A DNA stretch of 64,000 nucleotides from Nitrososphaeria archaeon (GTDB taxonomy: Archaea > Thermoproteota > Nitrososphaeria > JACIWG01): NCBI GenBank assembly GCA_050011875.1, contig JBEKIG010000004.1:65589-129588 (forward strand), in the 5' to 3' direction. Of the stretch, positions 47,768-57,797 are shown piece by piece. Each line of letters begins with the position of its first letter. Positions within the stretch are counted from its first letter, which is position 1. The notes beneath the pieces were generated by a model. It was given only the letters and a program-made list of their open reading frames with translations, was not told the origin of the DNA and made no database searches. Both the position numbers and the translations under genes were made by a program.

Positions 47768-47951
47768 GATGGCTCACTAAAAACAGAATAAGATAAATTT
47801 TGACCTTTAGGAGATTTAGCAACTGGAAACGGAATTCATTTAGTTTCTATAGAAATAATATCAATGTTTTTTTCATTATCAGTTTATTTAATTTGTAGTA
47901 AAATTTTTTAAATCAACTGATATTCTATGACCTAAGTAGTGTAAATATATA

Positions 47952-48043
47952 TGGGGCCAGTGGGATTCGAACCCACGCTCACCAGCGATCTGGGCTACAT
48001 GCTCCCCAGGCTGGCATCTTTGACCAAGCTGGACGATGACCCC
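47952..48043 (-). tRNA. tRNA gene (~92 nt) with a probable ~16-nt intron in the anticodon loop; anticodon possibly GGG (Pro), uncertain
   Basis: The reverse complement gives a 7-bp acceptor stem GGGGUCA/UGGCCCC, T-arm GUGGG-UUCGAAU-CCCAC, a 5-nt variable loop, and CCAGC...GCUGG flanking a 23-nt segment that is too long for a plain anticodon loop. No CCA is encoded. Confidence 0.7.
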
Positions 48044-48101
48044 GTCAAACGGTGATTGCATTATGTGGTTTATTTGTGTATTGCTTAACCTCTTTTGTGC
48101 A

Positions 48102-48881
48102 TTATTTAACATCTAACCTAAGATTTCTGAGAACTTTTTCAAAGGTTTCCTGTTTCGGATTCTGTTTGTATTCTCTAAGGCTTTCTATAATAGGTTTAAT
48201 TTCCTTTATCCCGAGCGTTCTCCTTACCTTTGGAGAAAGCTTCCCGCCTACAAAGAGACTCTGTGCAAGAGAAGTCACGTTCGAGTATTTCTTATTCGAG
48301 TTCGCTGATTCGAAGTCAAGAATCACAGGTTTATAATTTGGCTTTATAATAATGTGTTTAACTGGGTTACTGAGTTCACAGTGCGCCACTTTATTTTTAT
48401 CTAAAACAAAACATTGGGAAAGCATGTCTTTCAAAACCCTTCGAAGCCTTCCGGCTTTTCCTCTGCCTTTAAGACCTTCTATAAAGTCTCCGATCCTTTT
48501 TCCTTTAATATACTCCAACACTAGGAACTCGTCTGTTACATAATACAGTTTTGGCCCCACTCCTAAGGCATTTACCTTGCTGAGAAATGCTCCTTCACCT
48601 TTCAGCGTTTTCCTATCCGAGTCTGTTCTAAGCAATTTGACAGCTGTAAGGCCATATCTTGTTTTGGCAGATATGACTACAGCTGTACATCCTTTGCCGA
48701 GCACCTGCAAGCCGTCAATCTGTGTCTTCCCTTGGATGAAAACTTCCTTTAAACCAACACCCTTCAACTTCCTTATTATTTTATGAACTCTTAAATCATC
48801 AACCTTCGGATAAGAAAGTAAAAGGTTGTATGGTGCAACTGTAAGACTGTTAATCGAAATAGTTTTTTTCTTTAAGCTCAA
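48102..48881 (-). CDS. RIO/Bud32-type atypical serine protein kinase
   Basis: LGKGCTAVV glycine loop, AVKL Lys, catalytic-loop-like AHCELSNPVKHIII and metal-binding ILDFESA. Confidence 0.55.
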   Translation of the reverse strand: MSLKKKTISINSLTVAPYNLLLSYPKVDDLRVHKIIRKLKGVGLKEVFIQGKTQIDGLQVLGKGCTAVVISAKTRYGLTAVKLLRTDSDRKTLKGEGAFLSKVNALGVGPKLYYVTDEFLVLEYIKGKRIGDFIEGLKGRGKAGRLRRVLKDMLSQCFVLDKNKVAHCELSNPVKHIIIKPNYKPVILDFESANSNKKYSNVTSLAQSLFVGGKLSPKVRRTLGIKEIKPIIESLREYKQNPKQETFEKVLRNLRLDVK

Positions 48882-50235
48882 AGACCTCGCATACTCCTTC
48901 GAGAAGCCACCTTCTCTTATCTGAAAGTACTGTTTTCCCGACGTAAACCTTGTTCTCTTCCTTTAAATATCGTGTTATCTTCTTGGATACACCAAACTTT
49001 GTCGGTTCTCTGATGATTTTCTTCAAAAGCGAAGTTGTTGAATCTAAATGTCGGCCAACCAATGCACAAGCTTTGCCTTCTCCATCCACCCAAATAAGTA
49101 GCGCATCTTTGCGGTTTTTTGAGAGAAAACTCTGCATGTTGTCCGTGTCAAAGACGAAAGGACCTTTTTTGATCTGGTATTTAGAAATAGCCATCATCTG
49201 AAAAAGAAATATAAACGCGCTAGTCTTTTGGTCGTCGCTTACAGCGACAGACCTTATCACCTTGAAGTCGAATTTCTCAAAATGTTTGGTAAGGCTGCTG
49301 AGCGTGTGATTCAACATTCCCCATAGGATGTCAACGCTCATTTTTTCATGCTCGAACACTATCGTCAAGAGATTTCCTGCGAGTGGCGAGGTCAGCTGTT
49401 TTTTGGTTACTTTCTTTTTCTCTTCACTGAAAAAATCCACTGAGGGATGCTTTAGGAAACTTCTTGATTCCAGTATAAATCTGGATAGAGTCGTTATATA
49501 AAGTGCTCTTCCCAAGTTTCTGTTTATGTCAATTGGATCTGTTACTATGATTTTATCGTCATGAAATCTATCCTTAACATATTCTAATTTATCTGTTTCA
49601 GAAATTATTAGTGGCAAACGCCACCTTTGAGCATTTTTTATAAGATTTTCAAAAGTACTGTAACGATATATTAAGACTTCACACATGTATCCGCTGAACC
49701 CTCCGATCTTTATTTCTGCACCGTACGTTTCCGATGCTTTCATAAACTTCTTAAGCATTCTGACTTCACTTTTTTGTTTTTGGCTCAGATTGTCGCGCAT
49801 AAATTCAAGATGGTAGGGTGAACGATCAGCAGCGGTCAACCAGTTTCCTCGTTCAACACTATAGCATGGCACGATGTTGATGCGTGCGGCGTTGACATAT
49901 GTCTCCACATAAGGGTGCTCCGCGTATCTGATGATCAAGTTGTCTTTCCCAAATGCTTCGCAAGAGATTTTGTAGCTAACATCTTCAAGATCCGATTTTG
50001 TGGCTTGCAGGGGATACCTTAAGAATATGTCTATGTCAGCTTTTTCAGGAAGCCATGTGTCACGAGCGTACGACCCTCCCGTTATCACTTCAGGGTTGAG
50101 TGGGCTCTGCTCCGCATACTTTCTCACGTTGTTTACCACTCGTTCAGCGATATCTCCAACTTCCTTATATCGCTCTGGGGAAGGCGTCGTTAACCTTCGA
50201 GCTCCCTCAATAATTTTGGAGAGCAAAGGTATCAC
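48850..50235 (-). CDS. cca: CCA-adding tRNA nucleotidyltransferase (archaeal class I)
   Basis: GGSYARDTWLPEKADIDIF nucleotidyltransferase motif; 461 aa. Confidence 0.85.
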   Translation of the reverse strand: MIPLLSKIIEGARRLTTPSPERYKEVGDIAERVVNNVRKYAEQSPLNPEVITGGSYARDTWLPEKADIDIFLRYPLQATKSDLEDVSYKISCEAFGKDNLIIRYAEHPYVETYVNAARINIVPCYSVERGNWLTAADRSPYHLEFMRDNLSQKQKSEVRMLKKFMKASETYGAEIKIGGFSGYMCEVLIYRYSTFENLIKNAQRWRLPLIISETDKLEYVKDRFHDDKIIVTDPIDINRNLGRALYITTLSRFILESRSFLKHPSVDFFSEEKKKVTKKQLTSPLAGNLLTIVFEHEKMSVDILWGMLNHTLSSLTKHFEKFDFKVIRSVAVSDDQKTSAFIFLFQMMAISKYQIKKGPFVFDTDNMQSFLSKNRKDALLIWVDGEGKACALVGRHLDSTTSLLKKIIREPTKFGVSKKITRYLKEENKVYVGKTVLSDKRRWLLEGVCEVFELKEKNYFD

Positions 50236-50237
50236 TC

Positions 50238-50795
50238 CTATCCGACTATATGTAGGTCCGTATAAATCGGCCCCTTAGGTGTGAGGACGCTTTTCTTAAT
50301 CTTGATCTTAGATGTGGAATCTTCACCAAAATTGGTGTCTTGAGATTTTCTGATGTATTCACCGAGTTCTAGCCTGTGAAGTCCGCTTTTCATCCTAAGT
50401 ATTGTAAGATGTGGATCGAACCTGTTTTCGGCTGGAAATCCGGCATCGCTCAACGTGGACTCTGTTTTTTTCCATAGAGAAACCATCGACTTCGATGATT
50501 CGTCATCGACGCCTATCCATACAACGTTTATGTGGGAAAGTGAAGGGAAAGCGCCCATCCCCCTATATGTTACTTTGAATGGATCAAACTTGATGTGTGA
50601 TAAAGCATCAACCACCCTACTAACCTTTGATTCTTCAATTTCTCCAAGAAACTTTATCGTAAAGTGCAGGTTCTCCGCTTCTACGGGCTTTGCATCTATT
50701 CCCAATGACAAAATCTGCCTCTGAGCTTCCATAATGTTTGCCTTAACCTTCTCATCTTCAAGATCTAATGCGATAAAGGTGCGTACTAAACTCAT
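50238..50795 (-). CDS. thpR: RNA 2',3'-cyclic phosphodiesterase / 2'-5' RNA ligase (ThpR/LigT, 2H phosphoesterase)
   Basis: Two H-x-T-x motifs (HFTIKF and HLTILR). The likely start is the internal MSLVRTF. Confidence 0.8.
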   Translation of the reverse strand: MSLVRTFIALDLEDEKVKANIMEAQRQILSLGIDAKPVEAENLHFTIKFLGEIEESKVSRVVDALSHIKFDPFKVTYRGMGAFPSLSHINVVWIGVDDESSKSMVSLWKKTESTLSDAGFPAENRFDPHLTILRMKSGLHRLELGEYIRKSQDTNFGEDSTSKIKIKKSVLTPKGPIYTDLHIVG

Positions 50796-50880
50796 TCGAC
50801 AAAGCAATATTATGCCATGTTGATAAGTATTATCAAAAGATATAATTTAGCTGTGTAGAAAGGTGGATGCGTGTGATTGA

Positions 50881-51435
50881 TTGAAGTTCATAATCTGTTT
50901 AACCGGGCTGCCTGGCTCAGGCAAAACAACTGTCGCCCAGGAAATTGCTCAAATGGGCTTTTATTACATAAGTCTGGGCGATGTTGTTAGAGAGCAGACC
51001 AAGATAAGAGGGTTAGCGCTTAACAGTGTAAACCTCGGTTTTGTTATGGTTGCCTTAAGGAAAGAAAACGGTCCGCAGGCAGTAGCCCAACTTTCTCTGA
51101 AGGTCTTTCCAAAGGACGGAGAATTGATCGTAGTTGACGGAATAAGGAGCAATTATGAGGTAGATACCTACAGGTCTATCTGTAAAGTTAGACTGTTAGC
51201 GATACATGCGTCTCCGCAAAGAAGATTTGAGTTCTCGGAGTCTAGGGATAGGAGTGATGCTCCGAAATCGAGAACAGACTTCGATCTACGGGATAAGAGG
51301 GAGCTCGAGATAGGTGTAGGAAACGCCATCGCTCTAGCCGATGAGATAATATCAAACAATTGCTCTATAAGCGACTTGATTAAGAAAGCGAAGAGAATTG
51401 TTAAATTTTGGCTTGAAGAGGATGATTCTCGATGA
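50881..51435 (+). CDS. P-loop nucleotide kinase of the archaeal UPF0200 family (dephospho-CoA kinase / adenylate kinase-like)
   Basis: ICLTGLPGSGKTTVA Walker A; GDVVRE motif; 184 aa. Confidence 0.6.
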   Translation: MKFIICLTGLPGSGKTTVAQEIAQMGFYYISLGDVVREQTKIRGLALNSVNLGFVMVALRKENGPQAVAQLSLKVFPKDGELIVVDGIRSNYEVDTYRSICKVRLLAIHASPQRRFEFSESRDRSDAPKSRTDFDLRDKRELEIGVGNAIALADEIISNNCSISDLIKKAKRIVKFWLEEDDSR

Positions 51436-51881
51436 TTCCTAAACTTGAAATAAAGATCAAAGTCCAGATCAGCGCGGTTTTGAACGCCTCTGAGGATGTG
51501 GGCAAGTTGAGTGCTGCGATAAAGAGCGTGGCCGGAAACGTTGAACCAAGCAATAGGGAGGAGAGCGACAATCTCCTCGTATGGGAATTTGATGGCATAA
51601 ACGCTCTCTACAACTTCTATAGCAAGATTAGGGAAAGAAAAATAACTGCAGCAGCAAGAAGATTAATACTTAAAAACATGAGAAATGATTCCACTTGGGT
51701 TTATTTGAATAGGCAGGCAGCGTCTGTGGGCAACATCGTTTTGTGCGATGATCCAGAAGAATCTCCGTTAGGTCCCTTAGTTTTAAAGTTCGAGAGCCCA
51801 CTGTTGATGGAGGTAGTCGATTGGCTCACAGGGGAAAAGGAAATGAATGATGTGACAAAGGATTTGAGGAGACGTTTATGA
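51432..51881 (+). CDS. Conserved archaeal protein (UPF0201-like), translationally coupled to the upstream kinase
   Basis: ATGA overlap with the kinase stop; 149 aa. The family call is from memory. Confidence 0.4.
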   Translation: MIPKLEIKIKVQISAVLNASEDVGKLSAAIKSVAGNVEPSNREESDNLLVWEFDGINALYNFYSKIRERKITAAARRLILKNMRNDSTWVYLNRQAASVGNIVLCDDPEESPLGPLVLKFESPLLMEVVDWLTGEKEMNDVTKDLRRRL

Positions 51882-52669
51882 ACATAATTTCCCTTTCAAC
51901 TCTTTTTATGTGGCCTCAACCTCTAAAGTTTGTTCTCAGCGAACTTTCCAAGAAGATGGAGGGCGACGAGAGGCCAGACGCATGGGACCTCGTAGACGAC
52001 GGGGATTATCGTTTCACAAAATATAATTTATCTAGGTATAGACAATTATGGGAGTCGGGTCTGAAGTTCACAGTACACGGACCTCTTTCCATAACAAAGT
52101 ACATCGACCGCGATAAAAGGGTTAGAGCCAAGTCCTTAAACACGTTAAAGTATTCTATGCTCAATTCAGTTGAGCTATCTCCCCTAGTATATGTTTTCCA
52201 TCCGGCTGCGATACCTAAAGGATTCACAAAGGAAGAAGTTAAGGTTGCGCATTACGAATTTCTAGAGCAGGTTAACGACTATTCAAAATCCATAGGCTTA
52301 AAAATCTTCATAGAAAACCACATCACTAACCTAAACCAAATGTTTACAACGCCGGAAGAATTCCTAGAATTCTACGATAGAACCGGAACCGATCTGATGA
52401 TGACGTTTGACGCGGGGCACGCTAACATAGACGGGGCGGCAAAGGCATTTATAGACAAGCTCTGTGAGAAGATCGGTGTCGTACATGTTCACGACAACAA
52501 CGGTACTTCGGACCAGCATCTAGGCATAGGCAGAGGAAACATAAACTGGAATTATATCATTGGGAAACTTAAGGACTGCCGTTTTACTGGACCATATATC
52601 ATAGAAAGCGTGCATGAGCCCTTTGAAACCGTTCGCAATCTGAGACTTCTCATAAATGGTAGATCTTAA
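51878..52669 (+). CDS. Sugar phosphate isomerase/epimerase (xylose isomerase-like TIM barrel)
   Basis: FIENH and HVHDNNGTSDQHLGIGRGNINW motifs. Confidence 0.7.
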   Translation: MNIISLSTLFMWPQPLKFVLSELSKKMEGDERPDAWDLVDDGDYRFTKYNLSRYRQLWESGLKFTVHGPLSITKYIDRDKRVRAKSLNTLKYSMLNSVELSPLVYVFHPAAIPKGFTKEEVKVAHYEFLEQVNDYSKSIGLKIFIENHITNLNQMFTTPEEFLEFYDRTGTDLMMTFDAGHANIDGAAKAFIDKLCEKIGVVHVHDNNGTSDQHLGIGRGNINWNYIIGKLKDCRFTGPYIIESVHEPFETVRNLRLLINGRS

Positions 52670-53594
52670 GTGGTTCTTTCGAGTCCGGATAGGGCACTTC
52701 AATCACATCCAAATCCTCTGGTATGATGACGTTCTTGTAGTGTTTCAAAGCTTCACTTAGTAGAGATGAAGAGTCTTCGTATCTGGCACTCAAATGTACG
52801 AGCGCAAGCATCTTAACGTTGGCTCCAAAAGCGATTTTAGCCGCGTCCGAGGAAGTTGAATGCATATTCTGTGCTGCTTTGTCAGCATCTCTATCCGAGT
52901 ATGTGGATTCAAAAACAAGTAAGTCGGCATTCTTAAAAAATTTGGACAATGATGAATGAGGACGCGTGTCTCCAGAGAACCCTAAAACCCTTCCCGGTCT
53001 GGAAGGTCCAAGGATAGCCTCTGGCCTAATGATTTTCTCGTCTAGAGCGACCTTCTCACCAGATTGAATCCTATGCCATAGAGGTCCCTCCGGTATCCCT
53101 AAGCTCTTGGCTTTCTGTACATTAAATCTCCCGGGTCTTGGCAACTCCTTGAAAAGGTAGCAGTATTCGTTAATGGGGTGCAATCCTTTTTTTGCGTAAA
53201 TCTCGTATTCTTTTTCTTTGACGATCAACCCTTCTTTAACCTCCAAAATATTCACCGGATACTGAAGTTTAACTTTCAAATATTTTATCGTCGAGTTTAT
53301 GAAGCCCTTAACCCCCTTAGGTCCATAAATATCCAAGGCCCTCGAGCGTTTCAGCATACTCATTGTCTGCATTAGACCGGTTAACCCTCCTATGTGATCT
53401 CCGTGAAGGTGAGTTATCAAAATCTTCATTCTTCTGCAGAATCCTATGCCCGCGATAACCATCTGTCTTTGTGCACCTTCACCGCAGTCTACGATTATGA
53501 CCTCATCCTTTCTAAGAACCGCTATCGATGGAAAACTTCTGTTGGCTACAGGTACGGCCGACGACGTACCCAGAAAGACCACTTTAAGGCTCAA
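52650..53594 (-). CDS. rnz: Ribonuclease Z (tRNA 3' endonuclease, metallo-beta-lactamase fold)
   Basis: ITHLHGDH motif and ~314 aa. Confidence 0.85.
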   Translation of the reverse strand: MSLKVVFLGTSSAVPVANRSFPSIAVLRKDEVIIVDCGEGAQRQMVIAGIGFCRRMKILITHLHGDHIGGLTGLMQTMSMLKRSRALDIYGPKGVKGFINSTIKYLKVKLQYPVNILEVKEGLIVKEKEYEIYAKKGLHPINEYCYLFKELPRPGRFNVQKAKSLGIPEGPLWHRIQSGEKVALDEKIIRPEAILGPSRPGRVLGFSGDTRPHSSLSKFFKNADLLVFESTYSDRDADKAAQNMHSTSSDAAKIAFGANVKMLALVHLSARYEDSSSLLSEALKHYKNVIIPEDLDVIEVPYPDSKEPLKIYHL

Positions 53595-53600
53595 AGTCTT

Positions 53601-54512
53601 TCATCCTAACATTTTCAGGTGGTCAACAATTGCCTTAGAAGCGTCAACTCTGCTATACTCTGTCTGGATGGTATTTGTGGCAATAAGTTTTGTAACACCC
53701 GCCTGCGTCATCTTCTCCATAGCGCCAGCGACAAGAACCGGATGAACACACACCGCAGTGATATCTTTAACACCAAAATCACTTAGGACGTTTGCAGCCT
53801 TGGCGATGGTGCCCCCTGAGGATATCATGTCGTCAACGATGTATGCAGTTTTCCCTTCAAGACGCACCGACGGTGACCTAACTTTGACTACGCCGGTTAC
53901 GCGGTCCCGTTCCTTTTCTAAGACGCAATAGGGTCTGTTGATAAACTTAGCAAAAGTCTCAACCCTTACAGAGCTACCAAAATCTGGGGAAACTATGAAG
54001 GCATCGGAAATTTTCTCATTCTTACTTACATATTCCGCTAACAAAGAAATTGCTGAAGAACTAAAGGCAGGGAATGGGAACAGACCCAATCCTTCGACAT
54101 TGTGAATGTCGATCGTAAGCAGCCTTTTGATGTTTACGCTTGACATCAGATGACCTACAACCCTCAAGCTCATGATTTCTCCTGAAATAAATTCTCGGTG
54201 CTGTCTGGAGTAACCTAAATACGGGGAAACGGCGTAAACGATCGCACCTGACTCTGATAGCTTTTTTGCGAGAAATAGCATTTGCATAAGATGGTGGTCT
54301 ACCGGAGGACTAAGAGATTGTACGAGGATCACTCTAAGGTCTTTTACCTCTGATATAAGCCTAAAATAGTTCTCACCATCAGCGAACTCCTTGAACTCTA
54401 CGTCGATAACATCGCAGTTCATCTGCTTGGCCATAGATCTCGCAAACTGTATCGACGACGGACCAGGTAATATTGCGAAATTTCCTAGGCTCATAGATAG
54501 CTCTATAAGCAA
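53601..54512 (-). CDS. prs: Ribose-phosphate pyrophosphokinase (PRPP synthetase)
   Basis: PRPP-binding loop VDDMISSGGT and an N-terminal Prs domain. Confidence 0.8.
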   Translation of the reverse strand: MLIELSMSLGNFAILPGPSSIQFARSMAKQMNCDVIDVEFKEFADGENYFRLISEVKDLRVILVQSLSPPVDHHLMQMLFLAKKLSESGAIVYAVSPYLGYSRQHREFISGEIMSLRVVGHLMSSVNIKRLLTIDIHNVEGLGLFPFPAFSSSAISLLAEYVSKNEKISDAFIVSPDFGSSVRVETFAKFINRPYCVLEKERDRVTGVVKVRSPSVRLEGKTAYIVDDMISSGGTIAKAANVLSDFGVKDITAVCVHPVLVAGAMEKMTQAGVTKLIATNTIQTEYSRVDASKAIVDHLKMLG

Positions 54513-54538
54513 CTTGTGAACTAATTAAGCATTAGGGT

Positions 54539-55579
54539 ATGATAAGGGAAGCCGAGTGTTTCGAAAGAATAGATGAAGATAAAGTAAAATGCTTTCTTTG
54601 CCCTCGAAGATGTACGATAAAGCCTGAAAATACAGGCTTCTGCAGGGCGAGAGAGAACAGGAATGGAAAACTTTACACCCTAACATACGGTGAGACATCC
54701 TCTCAAAATGTTGAACCTGTAGAGAAGGCCCTATTTCACTTTTATCCAGGAACTCAAACCCTATCCCTATCGACCTTTGGATGCAACTTTACGTGTCCAT
54801 GGTGCCAGAACTATAAAATCTCACAGACTTCAGCCAAAAATCTTGTCACCTTCAAAATTAAACCTGAAGACGTTGTTGGCATGGCAAAGGAGTACGGAGC
54901 ACAATCTGTAACGTACACATATAATGAGCCGGTAATCTGGTACGAATTCATAAAAGATACCTCTAAGTTGAGTAAAAGCGAGAACGTAAAGAACATACTG
55001 GCAACAAACGGATATATAACAACAGACGCGCTTAAAGACTTCGTAGACTATATAGACGCAGTGAATGTCGATGTAAAGAGTTTCTCTGAAGAGTTCTATA
55101 GAAATTACTGCAGCAGTGAACTTTCCCCTATTCTTGAGGCGGCAGAATATCTGTTCCAAAAAGATGTACACATAGAATTAACCTATCTAATAATTCCATT
55201 ACTTAACGACTCACAGGAAGAGATAGGGAAATTCACAGACTGGGTGCTGAACCAACTTAAACCCAGCGTTCCGGTTCACTTTGCTAGATTCTTTCCCTCC
55301 TACAAAATGACTGATAGACCTCCAACACCTGCTGATACACTTATGTCAGCCGCAAACCTCGCCTACGAAAAGGGTCTTGAGTACGTATACGTCAAAAACG
55401 TTTTCTTTGAGGGATTAGAAGACACCCATTGTCCAAGATGCCATACCGTCCTAATCACTAGATACGGATCAAATGTTTTGGAAGTAAATCTAACCGAGAA
55501 AAACGAGTGCCCTAGTTGCGGCCTGAAAATACCGATTATAGGTAAACCAAGGATCCCCCTGTTTAAGGCTACTGATTAA
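54539..55579 (+). CDS. Radical SAM enzyme, pyruvate formate-lyase activating enzyme-like (AmmeMemoRadiSam-like), canonical CxxxCxxC
   Basis: N-terminal CFLCPRRCTIKPENTGFCRARE cluster; GCNFTCPWCQN; YNEP motif. Confidence 0.75.
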   Translation: MIREAECFERIDEDKVKCFLCPRRCTIKPENTGFCRARENRNGKLYTLTYGETSSQNVEPVEKALFHFYPGTQTLSLSTFGCNFTCPWCQNYKISQTSAKNLVTFKIKPEDVVGMAKEYGAQSVTYTYNEPVIWYEFIKDTSKLSKSENVKNILATNGYITTDALKDFVDYIDAVNVDVKSFSEEFYRNYCSSELSPILEAAEYLFQKDVHIELTYLIIPLLNDSQEEIGKFTDWVLNQLKPSVPVHFARFFPSYKMTDRPPTPADTLMSAANLAYEKGLEYVYVKNVFFEGLEDTHCPRCHTVLITRYGSNVLEVNLTEKNECPSCGLKIPIIGKPRIPLFKATD

Positions 55580-56062
55580 AGAGATTGTTACCTAAATTGG
55601 CATCGCAGGTTGACCCTCGTCCATCACAAGCCTGCCATTGATGTGGAGACTTCCCTCGTCCATAAACTTTATCATATCAAGATGGGAAGACACCCTATTC
55701 TTTCCATAATACGCTCCGATGTTGTTTCCAACTGCAATATGTAACCTACCTTAATTAGTCTAAACTAAAGCTTTGCTGAGAGGATTTATCTTCTTCCTCC
55801 ACCAGCGTCGTCATCTTAAAACAGATAAGATCGGTAGGATTATAGAGTTATCGACTCAAAGGTGCCATCTGGCCTTTTGCCGACTTTAAGGCTTTTGTTA
55901 ACAATTTTTAGACTAAGGTCCTCAGTTCGGAATTTGAGATAGCATTCATAATAGGTTTTCAAAGCCGACTTGTTTAAAAGTATTTTCGAAAAAGTGCTTT
56001 CACATTATATTAGGATAAACGTTATATAACTTCACATCGCATGTGTTCTGGACAAGATTATA

Positions 56063-56398
56063 ATGGCCGAAGAAATCGTTAACTTTGACCCTTCAAACTT
56101 CAAAGAAGGGGTAAACGGTAAAGGCCATGTTTTAGTATATTTTTGGGCTCAGTGGTGCAACCCCTGCAAGCAAATGGCCCCAATCGTAGAGAAGCTAGCT
56201 CAGAAGTACAACGGCAAACTTACTGTGGGAAAATTGGATGCCGGAAAGTATTCAGAAATATCCTCTAAATATTCGATATCGACGGTCCCAACTTTTATGC
56301 TCTTCGAAAACGGTATAATAATAGACTGCCTGATCGGAGCTGTCGGAGAAAGAGGATTAGAAAATATGCTTAGAGAGCATTCCATTAGAGCCGTTTAA
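56063..56398 (+). CDS. trxA: Thioredoxin
   Basis: WCNPCK active site; 111 aa. Confidence 0.85.
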   Translation: MAEEIVNFDPSNFKEGVNGKGHVLVYFWAQWCNPCKQMAPIVEKLAQKYNGKLTVGKLDAGKYSEISSKYSISTVPTFMLFENGIIIDCLIGAVGERGLENMLREHSIRAV

Positions 56399-56405
56399 AC
56401 TCGAC

Positions 56406-56858
56406 TCAAAGATCCAAAAGGAACCTGATAACGAACTTCCCTTTAGCATCGTATATCTCCATTAAATGGTATGTCACCGCCTTGACTTCGAGTTTGGCCT
56501 TATGCTTACCTTCCAAGAACATTTCACCCACACCTCTTGCGGTAAGAACGTACCCACTGTCAACCTCCACAATCTTTACCTCCAAAGAGTTAGGTAGGAA
56601 TTCCATTGAGGTAACTTTGACGAGAACCTGCTCCAAGAAGTTGTACAAAAGTGACTTTAAATCGAATCCTTCGACTTCAAAGTTCTGCTCTGACACCCTA
56701 CTTATCGAACTTAAGTCCACCATCAAGTCGACAACCGCCAGCCCAGCTCTGCTAAAGCACTCCTCCAAGCTTGCCCCAGTAACCTCAACAAATGCATCTG
56801 AAACATGGTCAAGCATTTTATAAAATCGGGGCATCGGATACCAAGATGGTGGAGACAA
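56406..56858 (-). CDS. Archease (RtcB tRNA-ligase cofactor family)
   Basis: LDHVSDAFVEVTGASLEECF N-terminal motif and C-terminal KAVTYH. The real start is probably the internal MLDHV. Confidence 0.8.
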   Translation of the reverse strand: MSPPSWYPMPRFYKMLDHVSDAFVEVTGASLEECFSRAGLAVVDLMVDLSSISRVSEQNFEVEGFDLKSLLYNFLEQVLVKVTSMEFLPNSLEVKIVEVDSGYVLTARGVGEMFLEGKHKAKLEVKAVTYHLMEIYDAKGKFVIRFLLDL

Positions 56859-56905
56859 TATTTATACTTAAATACTAAAGCGATGGAGACAGAAAAAGGT
56901 ACTGA

Positions 56906-56992
56906 GCCGGGATGGCAGAGTGGACCAATGCGCAGGCCTTGAGAGCCTGTCACTCCTTGTGGGTGGCGTGGGTTCAAATCCCACCCCCGGCG
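56906..56992 (+). tRNA. tRNA-Ser (anticodon UGA), class II with a long variable arm
   Basis: Acceptor GCCGGG(A)/CCCCGGC, anticodon stem CAGGC/GCCUG with loop CUUGAGA, variable stem-loop CACUC-CUUGU-GGGUG, and T-arm GUGGG-UUCAAAU-CCCAC. Confidence 0.8.
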
Positions 56993-57078
56993 CTATTTCA
57001 CGTCTTAGTACATCAGAATTGAAACTTAAAATGGGCGAGAAAGCTTAAATCTTTCTACCCATATCTAATACGGTTTAA

Positions 57079-57552
57079 TTGAACAATCAAACATTAAGGA
57101 GTGCCAGAACTTATGCTTTCATCGGGTTCATATTTTACCTGCTAGCTACCACAGCTGGTTTCATAGGCTTATTCATCATTAGCCCGTTTATCTATGTATC
57201 TAACATAGGTTTCGCCTTGCCCTACATCTTGATAGCTATAGTCTTCTTGCTGCTGTTCATCCCAGGAATAATACTGACGATTTTTGCATGGATGACGGTG
57301 AAAAATATTGAGATGGGAAAATATGCCCAGGCGCGCACCTACAGCCTAATACTCGGAATAATAGGTCTATTCTTCGGCGCCATAATCGGCGGCATCTTCT
57401 TCCTTCTCGCCTACGCAAACCTAGGTGAATCGATGACACCTCCGATGGCAGTCCAACCTTTACCTCAGAGATTCTGCGTAAACTGCGGCAGAGCCGTAGT
57501 AGCCCCTAACACAAAATATTGCGCCTACTGTGGAAAAGAGCTACCTCCATAG
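57079..57552 (+). CDS. Membrane protein (4 TM) with a C-terminal zinc ribbon
   Basis: Hydrophobic helices, then CVNCG...CAYCG; TTG start. Confidence 0.5.
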   Translation: MNNQTLRSARTYAFIGFIFYLLATTAGFIGLFIISPFIYVSNIGFALPYILIAIVFLLLFIPGIILTIFAWMTVKNIEMGKYAQARTYSLILGIIGLFFGAIIGGIFFLLAYANLGESMTPPMAVQPLPQRFCVNCGRAVVAPNTKYCAYCGKELPP

Positions 57553-57797
57553 AGAAGACTGCAATTTAAATTCATATTGAGGGAAGGTCTGTACGTTCTA
57601 ATATCGGATTTCATGGGCCTTGAACTACTGTATTTGTTTAACTTTTTCGGCATTCTTTGGTCTTTTCGATCTTCTGTAAGATTTCAGCTAATCCTACATG
57701 GAAAACACTGGTAATTTAAGTTCATCAACTTGCACAATTTTCGGTTTTTCCAGCCTATCCGATAGCCCCCCATCTGTCGCTTTCTCTTTCTCTGTAG

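Noticed and set aside
47888-48112. 74-aa ORF overlapping the tRNA at 47952-48043
   Set aside because: It overlaps a confidently folded tRNA gene on the same strand, so it is a spurious ORF.
55600-55760. Short minus-strand reading frame (VGNNIGAYYGKNRVSSHLDMIKFMDEGSLHINGRLVMDEGQPAMPI) in the 480-bp gap before the thioredoxin gene
   Set aside because: It is only ~50 codons, has no start codon in frame and matches no recognisable family. It is probably non-coding or a decayed fragment.
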